Below, one piece after another: positions 12,901-26,420 of a stretch of DNA of 64,000 nucleotides. The notes beneath the pieces are model-generated. The model did no database searches, was not told where the DNA came from, and worked only from the letters and a program-made list of their open reading frames with translations. Source of the DNA: Octopus sinensis. Its lineage: Eukaryota. The stretch is from NCBI RefSeq assembly GCF_006345805.1, contig NW_021832224.1:124001-188000 (forward strand). Direction: 5' to 3'. Position 1 is the stretch's first letter. Each line of letters opens with the position of its first letter. The translations under genes were made by a program, and so were the position numbers.

Positions 12901-15900
12901 TCCCTTTTTTGACTTTTGAGGTTAACAATTTAATTCTCGCGTTATCAACTCGTACAATAGATTCTGAAATAAATTTTCAATTAAAGTCTATTGGACTCGT
13001 TCATTTTTCGGGTTTTAACTTTTAATTTTAGTTTAGGAAATAAACAAACTCAAATTATATCATCGCCCAGCAATAAGAAAGAATCTGTTCGGTCGCTTAG
13101 AATTTCTTATCAATCCACGGTTATTGCACATTTATTTATTTTTAGAATTGTGGGGTTCTAGAAGGTCAGAATTGTAGAAGACGTGCGACGTTTGATATTT
13201 CGACTTTAGACTGTTTTATTGTCGATTCTTCAATTGCTGAAATTGTGAACAATCTATCAAGTATTTCTTGCGAATTTCCCAAAGAAGAAACACGTTTTTA
13301 TTTTTGATAATATTTTTGTTAGCTCAAGATGACAAAAACGTAGAAAAGTTGTCAAAAGCACCTTATGGTGTGGATCTGGTTATTGTGGCGGACATCCAGG
13401 AGATAATGATGACATTGAAGACTGTGAACTCTGAAGGAATAGATTTTAATGTCCGCGGAATGCACTCCACCGTAGAATTTACAAAAGGTAGAACAGAAAT
13501 GACATTTTCTCTGTCGAATATTTTATTGTCACAAAAGAGTCAATCTCCTGGACTTTATCGCCACATTATTGCCAATGTGGAGAATGAGCTAGTTTTTCAT
13601 GCAAATTTTGTTTTTTGGACTCGCCGAACACACGACGAAACGTTTCCTGACATTGAAGTGACATCCAACATTTCAAAACTCTATATTGTGTACTATCCTC
13701 CCGTATTTATGGAAATTATCCAATTTTTCAACAACTACGAATACATCAGGTCTTCATTTGATTCAAAGTTGACGTCACTTGCCAAACGCACTACAGAAAT
13801 GGTCACTTGTGAACAGTCTAAACTCATTTACTTAAATGTTTTGTTTTATGATGAATTTTAGATTGAACTCGACGCTCCGGAGATCATTATCCCCCATCCT
13901 GTCAAGCTTGGTCAATCTCTCATTCTCGATTTTGGGAGATTAAGAATTATTAATAGTTTTGAAAAAAGTCCTTTGGCTGAAAATATTAAAATTTTTCTTA
14001 CTGACTTATCCATTTCCAGGTTATCAATTATTTCTACGAATCGTAGGAGTATTAAAAGTGAAACTGACCAGAACTATATGCTTGTTCTTCCCATAACTAC
14101 AAATTTGTCAATTAAAAGGCTTCTCAATAATTTGCGTGTTTCGAATTGTCCTCAAATTGAGGTAAATGCGGATCTTCAGTCGATTAAAGTTTTCAATTTG
14201 AATATTATTTTTAAGATTGAACTAAATTTTGATGATTATACCTTTTTTACTGAAATATTGGATGGTGTTTCAACTTTTTCGGAATTAGGAGATTCACTGG
14301 AAAGTACACAAATCGGTAGATATTTTTTTAATGTCTAAACAGATCAAAATATTGAGTTTAATCCAGTGAGGGCATATATTAGTTTATTCGCCATCTTAGA
14401 AGTTTCTAATATTGAGATTGCGTTGTTTTTTGACGAAAAAATCGTTACAAATATCGTTTTTATATCAATAGGGCAGACATACTCCGCACGAAGTTCAGTT
14501 CAGTTATACCTGCTTTAAATTATCACAAAATGTCGTAAAATATACAAAATATGACAATTGTGAAGCAGAGTGTTCAATCTTCTTTGATGATTGACTATTC
14601 TGGACACCAGAATAAGCAGACATGATAAAATAAACAGGTTTTTTTACTTAAATTCAATATTTTTTTTGTTGACTTAATTCGTTTAGATTTTTTAGTCGAA
14701 AAATCAATCCAAACTCGATTGATAAGCTCGTGAAAATTCACTGCTTGATTAATCCAAACCAAATTTCTTGTTCAGTATTTAATTTCCTATTTTATAGTAA
14801 ATGTTGAAATTTGTGATATCGTTCTTATTTTAAATTTGGAATTCATTTTGCGTCTTTTGAGTATTTTTGAACAAGATGACTCGGGAAAGAAGGCTACCAC
14901 ACAAAGCAGTGACAAAAAATGTATATTGGAGATTTATTTCAATATTAGATGTCAGAAAGTCACAGAAATGTGTTATTCTCAAGACTGCTGCTCGCGCTGA
15001 TTTTGTTTTAGTCGAGAATGCATCTGTTCTCGATTCTCGTGCTTTTGTCTTACAGGTTAATATTGATTTCAAATTTTTAGTGTATTTTTAAAATGGTTTA
15101 TACTGCTAATTCAAACCAGACAACTCTAAAAATAGAGTTTGGTGATTTGATAATATATGCTTCCAAATTTGATCGAGATTTAAAACTTAAATGCGGATCA
15201 TATGTTTATTTTATCATTAAATGTGTTAGATTCTGGAACGTACTTTGATTACGTGTTTTTATTCTGTTGGTTTATTGGATGAGATACTATTGGTGACAAT
15301 ACCTGAGGTTTATGTTCACTGGTCCCCTGCGATAATTGCAAGTCTGTCTATAGCTTTGAGTTCTTTGTTTTCCCCTGAGGTGTAATTTCTGAGTGAGCTA
15401 AATTTAGGTAATAACGGAAAAACGTGAAAAAGATTTGAATCTTTTATTACGCGAAAGGAATATTATTGAATCTGATTTTCCTTTTCTAAAGAAAAATTTT
15501 AATGTTGGGAGCAGTGAGGATTCGATTTGTCCGATACTTTCACCTAAGACTAAAAAAGTGTTTTTCAACTAATTTTAGTTTAAGTTTGAATTTGCGATTT
15601 TGTCGATGTCAATATTTTTCTATTCTGGGTTTTGTCCAACTGCAATGCCTTTGGTTTTAATTGAAAGTTCTCTCCACGCGAAGGGGGAAAATTTGTCAAA
15701 TAAAGTTTGTGAAAACCTTATTTTGTATTTTAGGTGTCTTTAAAAATGGATTTAAAGTTAAGTATTGGATATTACAATAAACAATTTCTATGCTGGGAAC
15801 CGATTTTAGAACCTCTGGAAGCAGGGGAGTGTTTTAAACCATGGACTGCTTCAGTTGAAGTTTGTATTTATACTTTGATTAATTAGGCGGAAATTAGTTT

Positions 15901-18900
15901 ATGTGAACCAAAAAAAATTTTAGTGGATCTTTCGTCGAATGACTGTCTTGAATTTACAGTTACCACACATTTAATCGATCTTCTAAGAAGTCTGACTAAT
16001 GTTTATTTTATGTTGTATATTTTAGGAATTTGACGATTCATCAGAATTGATTAACATTAGTTTCGGAACTCACGAAAATAAACCAGAATTTATTTTTTCA
16101 AACTATTGTGGAATTCCTGTTAAAATTATATTTGACGAAACTCTGATGACGTCGACGGGAGAAAAATCGACTGTTATAATGCCGGGAACTGATGATTTGA
16201 GAGTTTTTAACAGAAATAACGATTTTCTTTCCAAAGAAAAATATCTTGAATTTTCAAAGAAATCTGAATATAAATCAAAAATGTTCACACTCAAAGTCAA
16301 AAATTATAAATAATGTGATAGTTGAAAGAACATGGAGATTGTTTTGTGATCAAGGTGAGAGGTGCACACAAGACTGTACTTAACCTAAAAAATTTTGAAA
16401 CGGGACAAATAATCCAGCTTATGATCGACGTAGTAACACTCCAGTTTGGATTGGGGATAATTTTACGGTCTACTGTGGAGGTGATATTAATCATTTTGAA
16501 TCGTAGATTTGCAATAATCACTCACTCGATTTTTGTGTCTATCTGGAAGGATCAGAGAAAATGATTGTTTATGCGGGAAAGTCTATATATCTCTCTATTC
16601 CTTTTCTTAATATGTGTGATGGAAAGGTTTTATGTTCTCCTATTCTGGATAAAGAGTATTTTTTTTATTTGATGTTTTAGAATAGTTGTTCCATCTAAAT
16701 CCGTTAAAATTAATAAATCAGGTGATTTTAAGGGTCGTCAGAATGTGGACTGTTCTGACGTGAATGGGAACATTATTTTTACATATTCGGTTTTTAGGGA
16801 AATTTCATGTTTCAGTCATTTTTGGATGAAAATTTCATCTTAAATGACGAAACTGGAGTTTTAGACGTATCTACAACAATTGGACTGTTTCCTGTTCTTA
16901 GAATCCGTAATCTTCTGCCATATCGAATTGCATATTTGTCTTGTTATGATTCATACACTTTTGTGGATTCCGATTCTCAGTCTGATATTTATTTGGTCGG
17001 TAATTTTATTTTTTTGAAGGTATTTTTAATTCTTTTTGCCAGCTCTTTGATTATTTGACTGAAGTTTGGGAATGTTGTGTCTCCGTCGCGAATTTTATTG
17101 AATCAAACATTCAATATTTGGAATTCAGATCTCAGAGTGGAAAGATTGTGAGAAATAAATTCAGCTAATTTGCTAATTTAGTCACTCAGACTGTCCTGTA
17201 CGGTTAGAGAAGGATTGGTGATGTGGGATGTCTATTCTCCCTATTGGATGCTCAATAAAACTGGATTAAATATAACTTATAAAATAGTTACTTTTTATTT
17301 TGTACGATTAAGAACAAATCGACATATGGACATCCTGATATCAGCAGCAATTATCTCCTATTTGATACTCGTGCATTCGATTCGTCCAGCGCGGTTTTTT
17401 GGTATTAAAATTAATTTTGAACAGCTTTCGATTAAAGTTGGAAATTCTTGTTGGTCGGACAAGTTTTCTCTCGACACTGCTGGCAGTTCAGGGTCTCTTT
17501 CTTTTAAAGAAGGTACTCGGAAATTTCAAGTTTTTTTAAAAAAAAATAATTTTAGATTGGAATCAGAATTAAAATGTCAAGTTATCCATTAACAAAAATA
17601 ATACTATTGACTCCTTCCATGTCTATCCACAACCTCTCTTCCATAGATCTCCTAATAAAAAGGGACATTTGGGAATGCTTGTCTATTGGTTTTATTTTTG
17701 AATAATGTGATTGCAGATAGTTGCATTCCTTTGTGGCAAAGTAATGACGAAACTCTAAAAAAGAAGGACGAACACTTTTTTATTCTCGCAGATAAAAGAG
17801 ATTTAAATACATGCTCGAATCTCGTTTCGATATCTTCTTTGCAAAACCAGTCTGTCCCTTTAATTAACCAATCAGTATTATAAGGCGGATTATGTTTAGA
17901 CTGGGGAGATTGTACTCATTGTGTATATCACTTTTAACATAAGTGAAGGAAACATTTTGTTGTCAGTGGTCGATTTTCTAGAGCATCACGCGGCTGTGAG
18001 GCTGATAAACCACTGCAAGGAAACAACATTTTTATATCGTCAAAAGAATGTCACATATTCGCGTCTTTCAAGCAATTCTACGATAGTTTGCGTTGGAATG
18101 GATAGCAGTGTTGAAAGTTGTATTGAATGGACTGTCGGGAGTCAGAAATCACATAAAACTGATTTAAAAACTGTTAATTTGTTCATAATACAAAATAGGA
18201 TTCGATTTCGTGCTGCACTAACGAAAAGTATGATGATGTTTATTTGGTTTCATTCCTTTTCGGTTTGCTTCGAGTATTTTTGTTGACGGAAGATCGAATT
18301 TTAGCCCATAATTTATATCAAGTTGATATTTTTGTATTTTAGTTTTTGGATGAGTGAGCACGAGGATCCGTGGATTGTGGTCAAAGTTAATTTGGATTCA
18401 ATTGGGCTATCATTAATAAATAAAAAAACAAATTCAGAGTTATTATATTGCTCAATTACTTGGTTTGCTATGTAATGTGAATATGTTCAGTCCTTTGCGA
18501 AAGTGGGGATCTGAGAACAAGAATTGTAAATTTAGCGCGTTCTCAAAAGACCAATGTGACTTCTTGGATAGAGCACATGCTTTATATAAATCTTTCACGC
18601 AAGAGAAATCTTCAGATGACTATATTGTGACATTTAATGGGATATCAGTAAAATTTGTTTGTTTATTTCAGTATAACTTTTCAAAAATGATATACATTGT
18701 CAACGGGAATCATAAAAAGATGTATCAAAGGGATCAATCTGCTTTTTGGCTCATGTGGAGCTCGTCTTTAAATTCGAGACGTCTTCATTTCAAGCTATAT
18801 CGCCTCCAAGTAGATTCACAATCCAAAAATATGATTTTTCCTGTCGTGATTATGCCTATTTCTGCAAATTCTGATCAGAACGTGAGACCATTCATCGAAG

Positions 18901-20599
18901 GAAGTTTATTTGTGCAAAAACGCCTTCATGCCACAGCCTTGCAAATAAAGTATCAAATTCTTTGATGAATGGACAGATATTGCCATTTATTAATCCAAGA
19001 GTTGTCAGTGAACTTGGATTCTTATTTTCTATTGGATTGCGTCAATTTCTTTCAATCTTCTTTTGCTAGAATGGTTGGAGGTTCAGAGTTGTCTAAAGAT
19101 ATTCATTTGGCCATGCAACCATTGCAATACATTTTTGAGTGCGGTTTATTTAGAGAGTCGAAGCAGAATTTTTATGATTTTTTGCACATTTCTCCGCTTA
19201 AAATCACATTTAGCTTATCTTTGGAGGAATTCTTTGGAGGATTTGATCGTTTTGATTTCTTAGCTTTATTGAAACTGAGTTTAATGGGGCTTGAGTCTAC
19301 CATTGTCAATATGAAAAAGGTGGAACTCAGATTAGGCTATTTTGAACGAAAATCTCATACATATGGATTTGATCAACTCTATTCTGAAATTTACAGACAT
19401 TACTTGAACCAGGTATGACACGAAGATACAAATTTCAAGATTTTAAAACAATTTTATGCACTTGTTCTGGGTTTGGATGTCTTGGGGAATCCTTTGGCTC
19501 TGATTCGGGGGCTAAAGTCAGGGGTTGTTGACTTGTTTTACGAGCCAATAAACGGCGCCATTCAAGGACCAGGAGAGTTTGCTGATGGTTTAATGACTGG
19601 TACTCGCAGTTTCATTGGAAATACGATTGGTCTGGCTAAAATGAATATTTTTAGGAGGAGCTGCTGGGGCTGTCTCTCGAGTGACGGATAGTGTGGCTAA
19701 AGGCTTGGCTACTATTTCGATGGACAGGGAGCACCAGAAGTATAGGTCTGTCAGAAAACAAGAACAACTCGGTGTCGGGAAAGAGTTTGTAAAATCGAGT
19801 CAAGGATTAGTTAAGGTTTAAAATAATTTTCATTTTCAGGGAATTGCTGACGGAATTACGGGGATTGTGAATAAACCGATTAAAGGAGCTCAATCGGAAG
19901 GGATTGGGGGATTCATGAAAGGCTGCCAATGAATGATATAACTAATTAGGAATTGGAAAGGGTCTAGTTGGAGCTGTAGCCAAACCTGTCGGTGGTATTG
20001 CTGATTTCGCCAGTTCTTCAATGGATATTATTCAAAAAATTACAAAACCTAGCGAGGACCCTTGTTTTCATGCAAGGCCTGGTCGCTTAATGACTCCAGA
20101 TGGAATAACTCGACCTTATTCGTTCATAAAAGCAGAAATTGAATCAATTTTGAAAGTAATTTTGTGTGTTTATATTCAAAGTTAGCAAAAGACACGGAAT
20201 TTGTCGGATCAGATAAATATATTTCTCACTATATGTGTGCTGATGGAATGACTCTTTTTATGGTCACTGATCGGTTATTTGTTTTATTAAAACATAATTT
20301 TAGTCGTGTCCTGATTGTTAAGAGGTGCAATAGACAGTGGGTTCATGAATCAGAGATTTGTTATTCTGATTACAAAGGTTTGCCTACAGTGAGTGGAAAC
20401 GAAATTAAATTTACTTATAAAGTATATAAACGTTATCAGTTATGTAATAGGGCTCCATTGGGAAATTGAAAACATGGCCTCAGACTAAAGTTCTGGTAAT
20501 AGCTGATAAAGGGCGATTGCAAGTAATTTTATATTTTGTACGTTTTAGCAAATTTATAATGATATTCTACTTGCTCAGAAAATGTTTCAGCAAAATTAA
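9974..20599 (+). CDS. VPS13: VPS13A/C-like bridge lipid-transfer protein, many micro-introns
   Basis: Chorein-N start [34 protein letters not shown] and [20 protein letters not shown]; [11 protein letters not shown]; C-terminal [41 protein letters not shown] and [20 protein letters not shown]. Middle exons were not individually resolved. Confidence 0.93.
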
Positions 20600-20755
20600 A
20601 GACAGTGATCGTTATCTGTACTAATAAAGTTTGTTTTTAACGAAAAATTGCGATGTTTTATTACAACGAGAATATAAAACTAGCGAATAACCAGCAAATG
20701 TGTATTAATCAAATAGAATTAAGAGCTGACAACTGAATAAGCAAAAATCGTTAAA

Positions 20756-21650
20756 TCAGGCCGAATTCAGAAACCAGTTAAAAAAGAAAACTCCTGCCAA
20801 GACTCCAGTGACGGCAAGTAAGTACAATTCGTCGTATCTTTTTTGACTGGCCTTACAGTAAAGTCTACTGAAGGGAAACAGTCCTCCGAAATTCTCCTCA
20901 GAAGTCTAACTAGGCGAGGCATTTTCAACAAATTGGAAGATATTGCATTCTCAGGAAATAGTGGATGCATGAAAGGTCCCAAATATCCCATAACCAAACA
21001 ATCAAGCTTTCCAAAACTAAAATAGATTTACAAAAATACGTGTTTCCACTCAAAAACACAAATTCATTCTCATTATTGAGACATTTTTCGTCTAATCGTC
21101 TTTCTAACAGTTTAAGCATTCCGATGGCCTTTTCTATGACCTAAAATGAGGAAATTGAATAGCAAACATTATTTTTATAATCTTTTAAAGAAGAAAATTC
21201 ATCCACACATCTACTGACTTGACTGGAGTGTCTGTATTTCGCAATTTGACGACGAACCACCCCTGAATAGCCGGTGAAAGTTCGTGCAGTAACCGAATTA
21301 AAGATTTCGATGTCTGTCCAATACAAACACTCCTAAATTAAGTCAATTTTTCGTTAGTTTTAACGATCGCAGGCAAAATTGTGCGATTTAAAGCTCTGAT
21401 TAATATTTCGGTGAGATCGTCGATGTTTGAATCTGTGAGAATTGAATAGATTTCGTTGAAATTGTTAATAATATTTAAATCTTGCGTTATTAATGAGGGA
21501 GACTCGCAATTTCTGTATTTGAGTGGAATTTTTAATTTGTTATGATTAATGAGGGTCTAAATTTTATTAGAAATTAATTACAATTATCGATAAACATTCA
21601 GGGTCGAGGGAATCAAAGCCCCACAAGCCAGGACTAACCAACAACTCCAT
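20756..21650 (-). CDS. MTX1: Metaxin-1/3-like mitochondrial SAM-associated protein
   Basis: N-terminus MELLVSPGLWGFDSLDPECLSII; GST-C-like LDCLVMGYLGPF...LVRLLRRISEDCFP; a probable C-terminal anchor ELYLLAVTGVLAGVFFFNWFL in a shifted frame. Confidence 0.75.
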
Positions 21651-21849
21651 TATATTTAAAAATTAAGAAACTAAAATATTAAACTAACGTGTAATATAAT
21701 CGATTATATTTTAGTGGATCTTTAACCTTTTTAATAAACATAGTTACTAACCGACCACTGATTTTAAGAATATAAAACGATCAAAAATTAAAAATTAAGT
21801 AAAACAAAAAAACCGTCAATCTCTTCCGATCAGTGAGTTGGTCATCTGC

Positions 21850-22590
21850 CTTGTCGCTATTGAGCGGTCACAAAGCCTGCTAGAGCTGATCAACCTGATG
21901 GCAGTGGTGGCGGAGGCGTCCTCACTCTTGTCAAAAACTCAATTTCGTTCACGTACTCAAATGCTACTCGTCCCTTACTAAATCAAGACATGAAAAATCA
22001 TAGCGGATACTAACGGCTCTCCGTATACACTGATTAAAATATACATTCCTCATTTCTCCTACTTAAAAATTGGGTATTGTCTCAACCTATCGGACTGTTA
22101 GCAATAAAAAACCTCATTTATTGTGGTGATCTCAATTCAAAGATGTAACTATGCCTCTCTAACCTACTTAAGAATCACAAGGGTGACTAAGTAATTTCTG
22201 ATCTAACGCAAGTAAAATCGAAGGGAGATTTCAAAAACCCAGCATCATATCGACCAATTCTACTTATATCATTTGTTTCAAAAATCACTGAAATAGTTAT
22301 ATTGAAAATGATCTATCTTCTTTTTTCCATTTGAAAAATTACAGAATGGTTTTCGTCCACACTATTTCACCAACACATTTAATAACCTTAATTCAATTTA
22401 CCGAAGATTGATTTAACAATTTTAAACCCCCTCAAAGAACTATACTTGTGTCGGTCAATTTCACTAAGACCTTTGATCGCACTTTAAAACATATTCTGAG
22501 TAATAAAATTGCTATGACTGCTATTTCAACAACTCTGAAACGTTGGCTAATAACCTTTTTATTATGTCGCTAAAGTCAAACAGGGGTCAG
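21850..22590 (+). mobile_element. Heavily degraded APE-RT LINE remnant
   Basis: Fragments GGGGVLTLVKNSI, CGDLNS, SYRPILLISFVSKITE, NGFRP, VNFTKTFDR interrupted by stops and deletions. Confidence 0.7.
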
Positions 22591-22794
22591 AGAATACACG
22601 CTAAGAGGACCGTATTTCTGATCGACGAAAAGCAGCTAATGTCTAGCTCTAAAGAGACAAGGAAAGTAAACGAGTCTTGACTTTCAGATCGCTTAACTAA
22701 CTCGAGGACAGGCAAGATAGCTGGAAAGAAATGTCCTGAATTTATCGTGGTTAATAAGTGTTAGTAGATTAAACGAATGTCCAGGAAAGTTAGA

Positions 22795-24287
22795 TTATAT
22801 GTCGTAGTAATAATCACAAAAGTGAAGCCATTGAAGAGTGGAGGCGGGAATGTCGCGACTACCAAATATAAACAAATTAAGTACGAGTTCATTCTGCACT
22901 TAATTTGACTGATTTCATCTTGGTCAATCGGTGAAAATGGGTGCCACATTCTCATCGCAAATTCTGAACAAGTCGGCCTAGACATGGCTGAAATATATAT
23001 ACCAAAGAGTGGGGAGAATGTTATATTCGTCTACCTCATTGACATACATCTCCAATCCGATCAGGTTATTTGAGATATATTCATGTTTTTTGAACTTTTT
23101 TAGCCGATCATGTCGGACTGTAATTAAATAATTATTTTTCGGGTAATCATATGTCAAAGGGTCACAATTGTTGTAGCCCTTTTGTGCACCGAAAATGATT
23201 GTACGGTTTATTTCTTTTTTTCTAAAAGTGAGTTTTTAAAACAAACATTTCTTCTATAAAAGAAGTAAATTCTAAGACCTGGTGTTTTTGCGCTTTCACG
23301 TAAAGATATTTGTCTGGAAATAGCTGTTCTATCTCTTCTATTAGTTGCAATAAGAAAAAGGTGGATATGTTTGAATAAAAGTCTATTTTTCCGTCTGATA
23401 ATACTATCTCGGGGTATCCTTTGCTCAACGGAAATAGATCCACTGTTATATTAGTAAGACTTTTACAAAACAAATTAAACTGAGGAATAACCCTAATCCC
23501 CCTCAAGGCCGCATATTGAACAATCTCCCTGATATCGTCTGCCGTATAAATCAATTCCTCACTATAGGCTCCCTTATACCTTAATACACCAAATATATAC
23601 TTGGCTCATGTTTGGGTGCACTTTACTCTCATAGGGAACTGATGTGTTTCCAGAAAGAGTCCAATGAAATACATTTAGTTTATTGTAGGCCATCGCGTCC
23701 TATTTACTCATTAACAATTTATCGACCAAGCTCAGCTTGATTACTTCCATGGGAAGATATCGCTCAGAAGTGTCCAAATGAAGTCCACGATAAGAAAAAT
23801 AAGGTTCGCCTGTTATTTCTGCAGTAGGGACAATAAACTAAGCATGAATTGCCGGAGTACTCACTTCTCCAATATCGGAACGACAAATCAGTTGGCTAAA
23901 TGTTTCCAATCCTCTCAAAATCCCCCAAACAGTATCGGAAGACACGTGTATATTCCCAGATTCGATGCTGATACGATCTACCATTGAATGATTATATTCC
24001 AAACATGACTCGTTCATGTTTTCGTAGGGAATGGACTCACATTCCCCGAACATGTCAATTTTCACAGTCGAGATTAGTCCATATGATGACCCAGGGAGCT
24101 CAACTGGTCCACATTTGAGTCTGGTGTTCAAGACAATATCTTCATAGCGAGAACTAGCAGATTGTAGAATTAGACAGCCCTGGTTATAGTTCAGTTGGAA
24201 ATTAAAATTATCATAGTCCAGTTGAAAAGTTTTCAGATAGTCAATTACACTCGTTGTCAGAATTAGACAAGTGAAAATAAGGATCAT
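22795..24287 (-). CDS. GH20 beta-hexosaminidase homologue lacking the catalytic residues
   Basis: Hydrophobic N-terminus; SDTVWGILRGLETFSQL, YRGLHLDTSERY, DAMAYNKLNVFHW, YTADDIREIVQYAALRGIRVIP, TLWPTCSEFAMRMW, CRMNSRDIP. The HxGGDE position reads YVKAQK. Confidence 0.85.
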
Positions 24288-24351
24288 TTAGTTATTTGAC
24301 GAGGAAATGTACTTATAAATTTAAATCATATTCCTGGAAATCGTCATTTTT

Positions 24352-24890
24352 TGCATATTCAATAATTAAATAGGTCAGTGACAAGAAAAGAAAACCGTAA
24401 AATCAGACTTATGGAAGAGAAATACCTAAAATTCGTCACTTCAGATATAAAATGCTTTTTAGTTGTACAAGAAAAAACATACACAAAAAAGATCTGATTC
24501 TCCAAAAGAACTTTTTGCTGCAAACCAATTTTTAGCATTATCTCCAATCCGGAAAGAAATCATTCATTGAAGATGCTTCCAGTCTTTATTGGATAAGGCG
24601 TTCCCTCACTGTGAAATAAGGATCTCTTAATTCGTAAAAAATAACATCGTTCTTATAAGAAAATGCAGTTGTCCGACCAGTCCTCATGTAAAAGGCAGCC
24701 ATTTGGGAAACGTCTAAGAAAAACATGAAACAACTTGATTCTTTTCAGACAAACTAAAAAAAACTCTAATTATTTGTAACGAAAGAAAATTTCGAACAAA
24801 AAAGGCGCCTCTTTGGTCGTATTTTAAGGAATGAATTTTTCTGCCATAATTGCATATTCAATAATTAAATAGGTCAGTGACAAGAAAAGA
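24352..24890 (+). repeat. Perfect 40-bp direct repeat (24352-24391 and 24851-24890)
   Basis: tgcatattcaataattaaataggtcagtgacaagaaaaga occurs twice, 499 bp apart. Confidence 0.95.
24420..24830 (+). mobile_element. Possible MULE-like transposase debris between the 40-bp repeats
   Basis: Broken reading LDKAFPHCEIRI...WSYFKE loosely resembles the MULE FP....C.FH and FISYF motifs. Confidence 0.25.
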
Positions 24891-25242
24891 GAAGCAAAAT
24901 TAGAAATTAGAAGACGAGCAAGGCAACGAAACAGATGGAAAAGACTAACTACAAAAATAGTCAAGAACAAATCATAAACACTTTTATTGGTAGCACCAAC
25001 ATACATTAACTAGCTTATAAAAAATATTCTTCGAGGCCACTTTGGGAGATTATAGGACTGGATGTCTACAAATTATGGCACAAACTGCACACTAATCGCC
25101 CTTTCATCCCCATTTTAGGGTTGTTGGGTGAATTTATTAGACCTATTGTGTGGATAAACAAATGACCTTTAATGACACCTGTGCTAATATGTGACTTCCG
25201 GGCTACTAACTAACTAACTTTTTAATTTTCAATTAATTTTAG

Positions 25243-25867
25243 TCAACAATCTTGTGAAAAATAACTTTTAATCACTTTTCCGTCCAAATCAACGGCAAAA
25301 TTACAATCAACTGGATCACTGTCCAGCATCTCATCAATTGCCTCATCAATCTTATCCTCAGAAATAAATCCATTCAACTTTAAATCGTCAATTAAAAAAT
25401 ACCGCCTCATCCGGGAGTGACTTGAAGGCCAGTAACTCTGAGTGTCCCAACTGGTCATTTATCATTTTTTGTGCTCTATTTTGATCAAACAGCATTGCCT
25501 CGACAACATTATTTTTACTAAAATATAAAGATTGACTTAAACCTGCGCAAATTGACTATTTCCATATTCCATTTGTCATTAAGTTCGTTTATTTTTTCCC
25601 AATTGAAAGAATCGTTTGATTTTTGATGAGATATTGTGCCGGCCTGGGCAACTGAATCTCTCAGTTTTTGTCTTTGATTGTTGTAAAATGATACCTTATG
25701 GACTCCATTTCCCGCTTATATATATCAAATTTATTCGAAATCCAATTACGTTCTACTGGGTCGGAATTAGTTTTCTGTCTGACTTTGTAATATTGCTTGG
25801 CACTTTTTGGAAGAAAACGGGGCTTTTGGAGCCCTCTTTGGATCATTTTCATAATAGAGGGTTTCAT
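25243..25867 (-). CDS. MRPS26: Mitochondrial ribosomal protein mS26-like
   Basis: KPRFLPKSAK...DPVE...YKREMESIR; NELNDKWN.EI.NLR; GFISEDKIDEAIDEMLDSDPVDCNFAVDLDG matches the mS26 FITxENLDxxIExALD.P..YNFAID motif. 3 introns of 23-25 nt. Confidence 0.7.
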
Positions 25868-26013
25868 TGATATTCAATATTGACGGATCACTAATAGCGT
25901 GACAAAAATAATTTTATTTTTACATATATAAATACTTTAGCTTTTATTTCTATTAAATTAAAAAGTATCACGTCCATGGATTGAAAGAGAAACATAAACA
26001 GCAGATTTAATAA

Positions 26014-26420
26014 GTGTGACCGGTTGAATACAAACCGTTAAAAAAGCCGTCACTGATTTTTAATAAAAAAATCAATCAATTAATCCTCATCTTTAAAATG
26101 ATGGAGACTTAGTGAAGTTAGTATAAAGCAGAAGATAGTAAGTGATTTAGGAAATGGCGGAGACCTGAGAATTTAGAATAGATTAATCAAAATTTAATTT
26201 AATGGCATTTATATTATCAAAAATAAAAATGATTTGCTAATGTTGTGAATAATTTCACTACTTTAAAGCAACCTTTGTTATGATATAAAACTTCATTTTT
26301 TCAAAAATTTAAGGTTCAATGATTAGTACAAAACGTTTGTTGTTTTTTAATTTACTTTTTAAAACGGTATATTAAGTATCGATTCTTTAGCGGCTCGTAT
26401 TCAATTGTCAACCGGTCACA
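26014..26420. mobile_element. Short non-autonomous Tc1/mariner-like element with imperfect TIRs
   Basis: Left end tgtgaccggttgaatac versus the reverse complement of the right end tgtgaccggttgacaattgaatac. Confidence 0.5.

Noticed and set aside
22570-22760. Possible RNase P/MRP or other structured ncRNA (AAAGTCAA...TTGACTTT pairing)
   Set aside because: Only an 8-bp stem; the conserved CR-V adenine pattern is not matched and the left arm overlaps LINE debris. An Infernal/Rfam scan would settle it.
24675-24705. U5 snRNA loop-1 motif GCCTTTTAC on the minus strand
   Set aside because: Flanks do not form the loop-1 stem and there is no Sm site in position.
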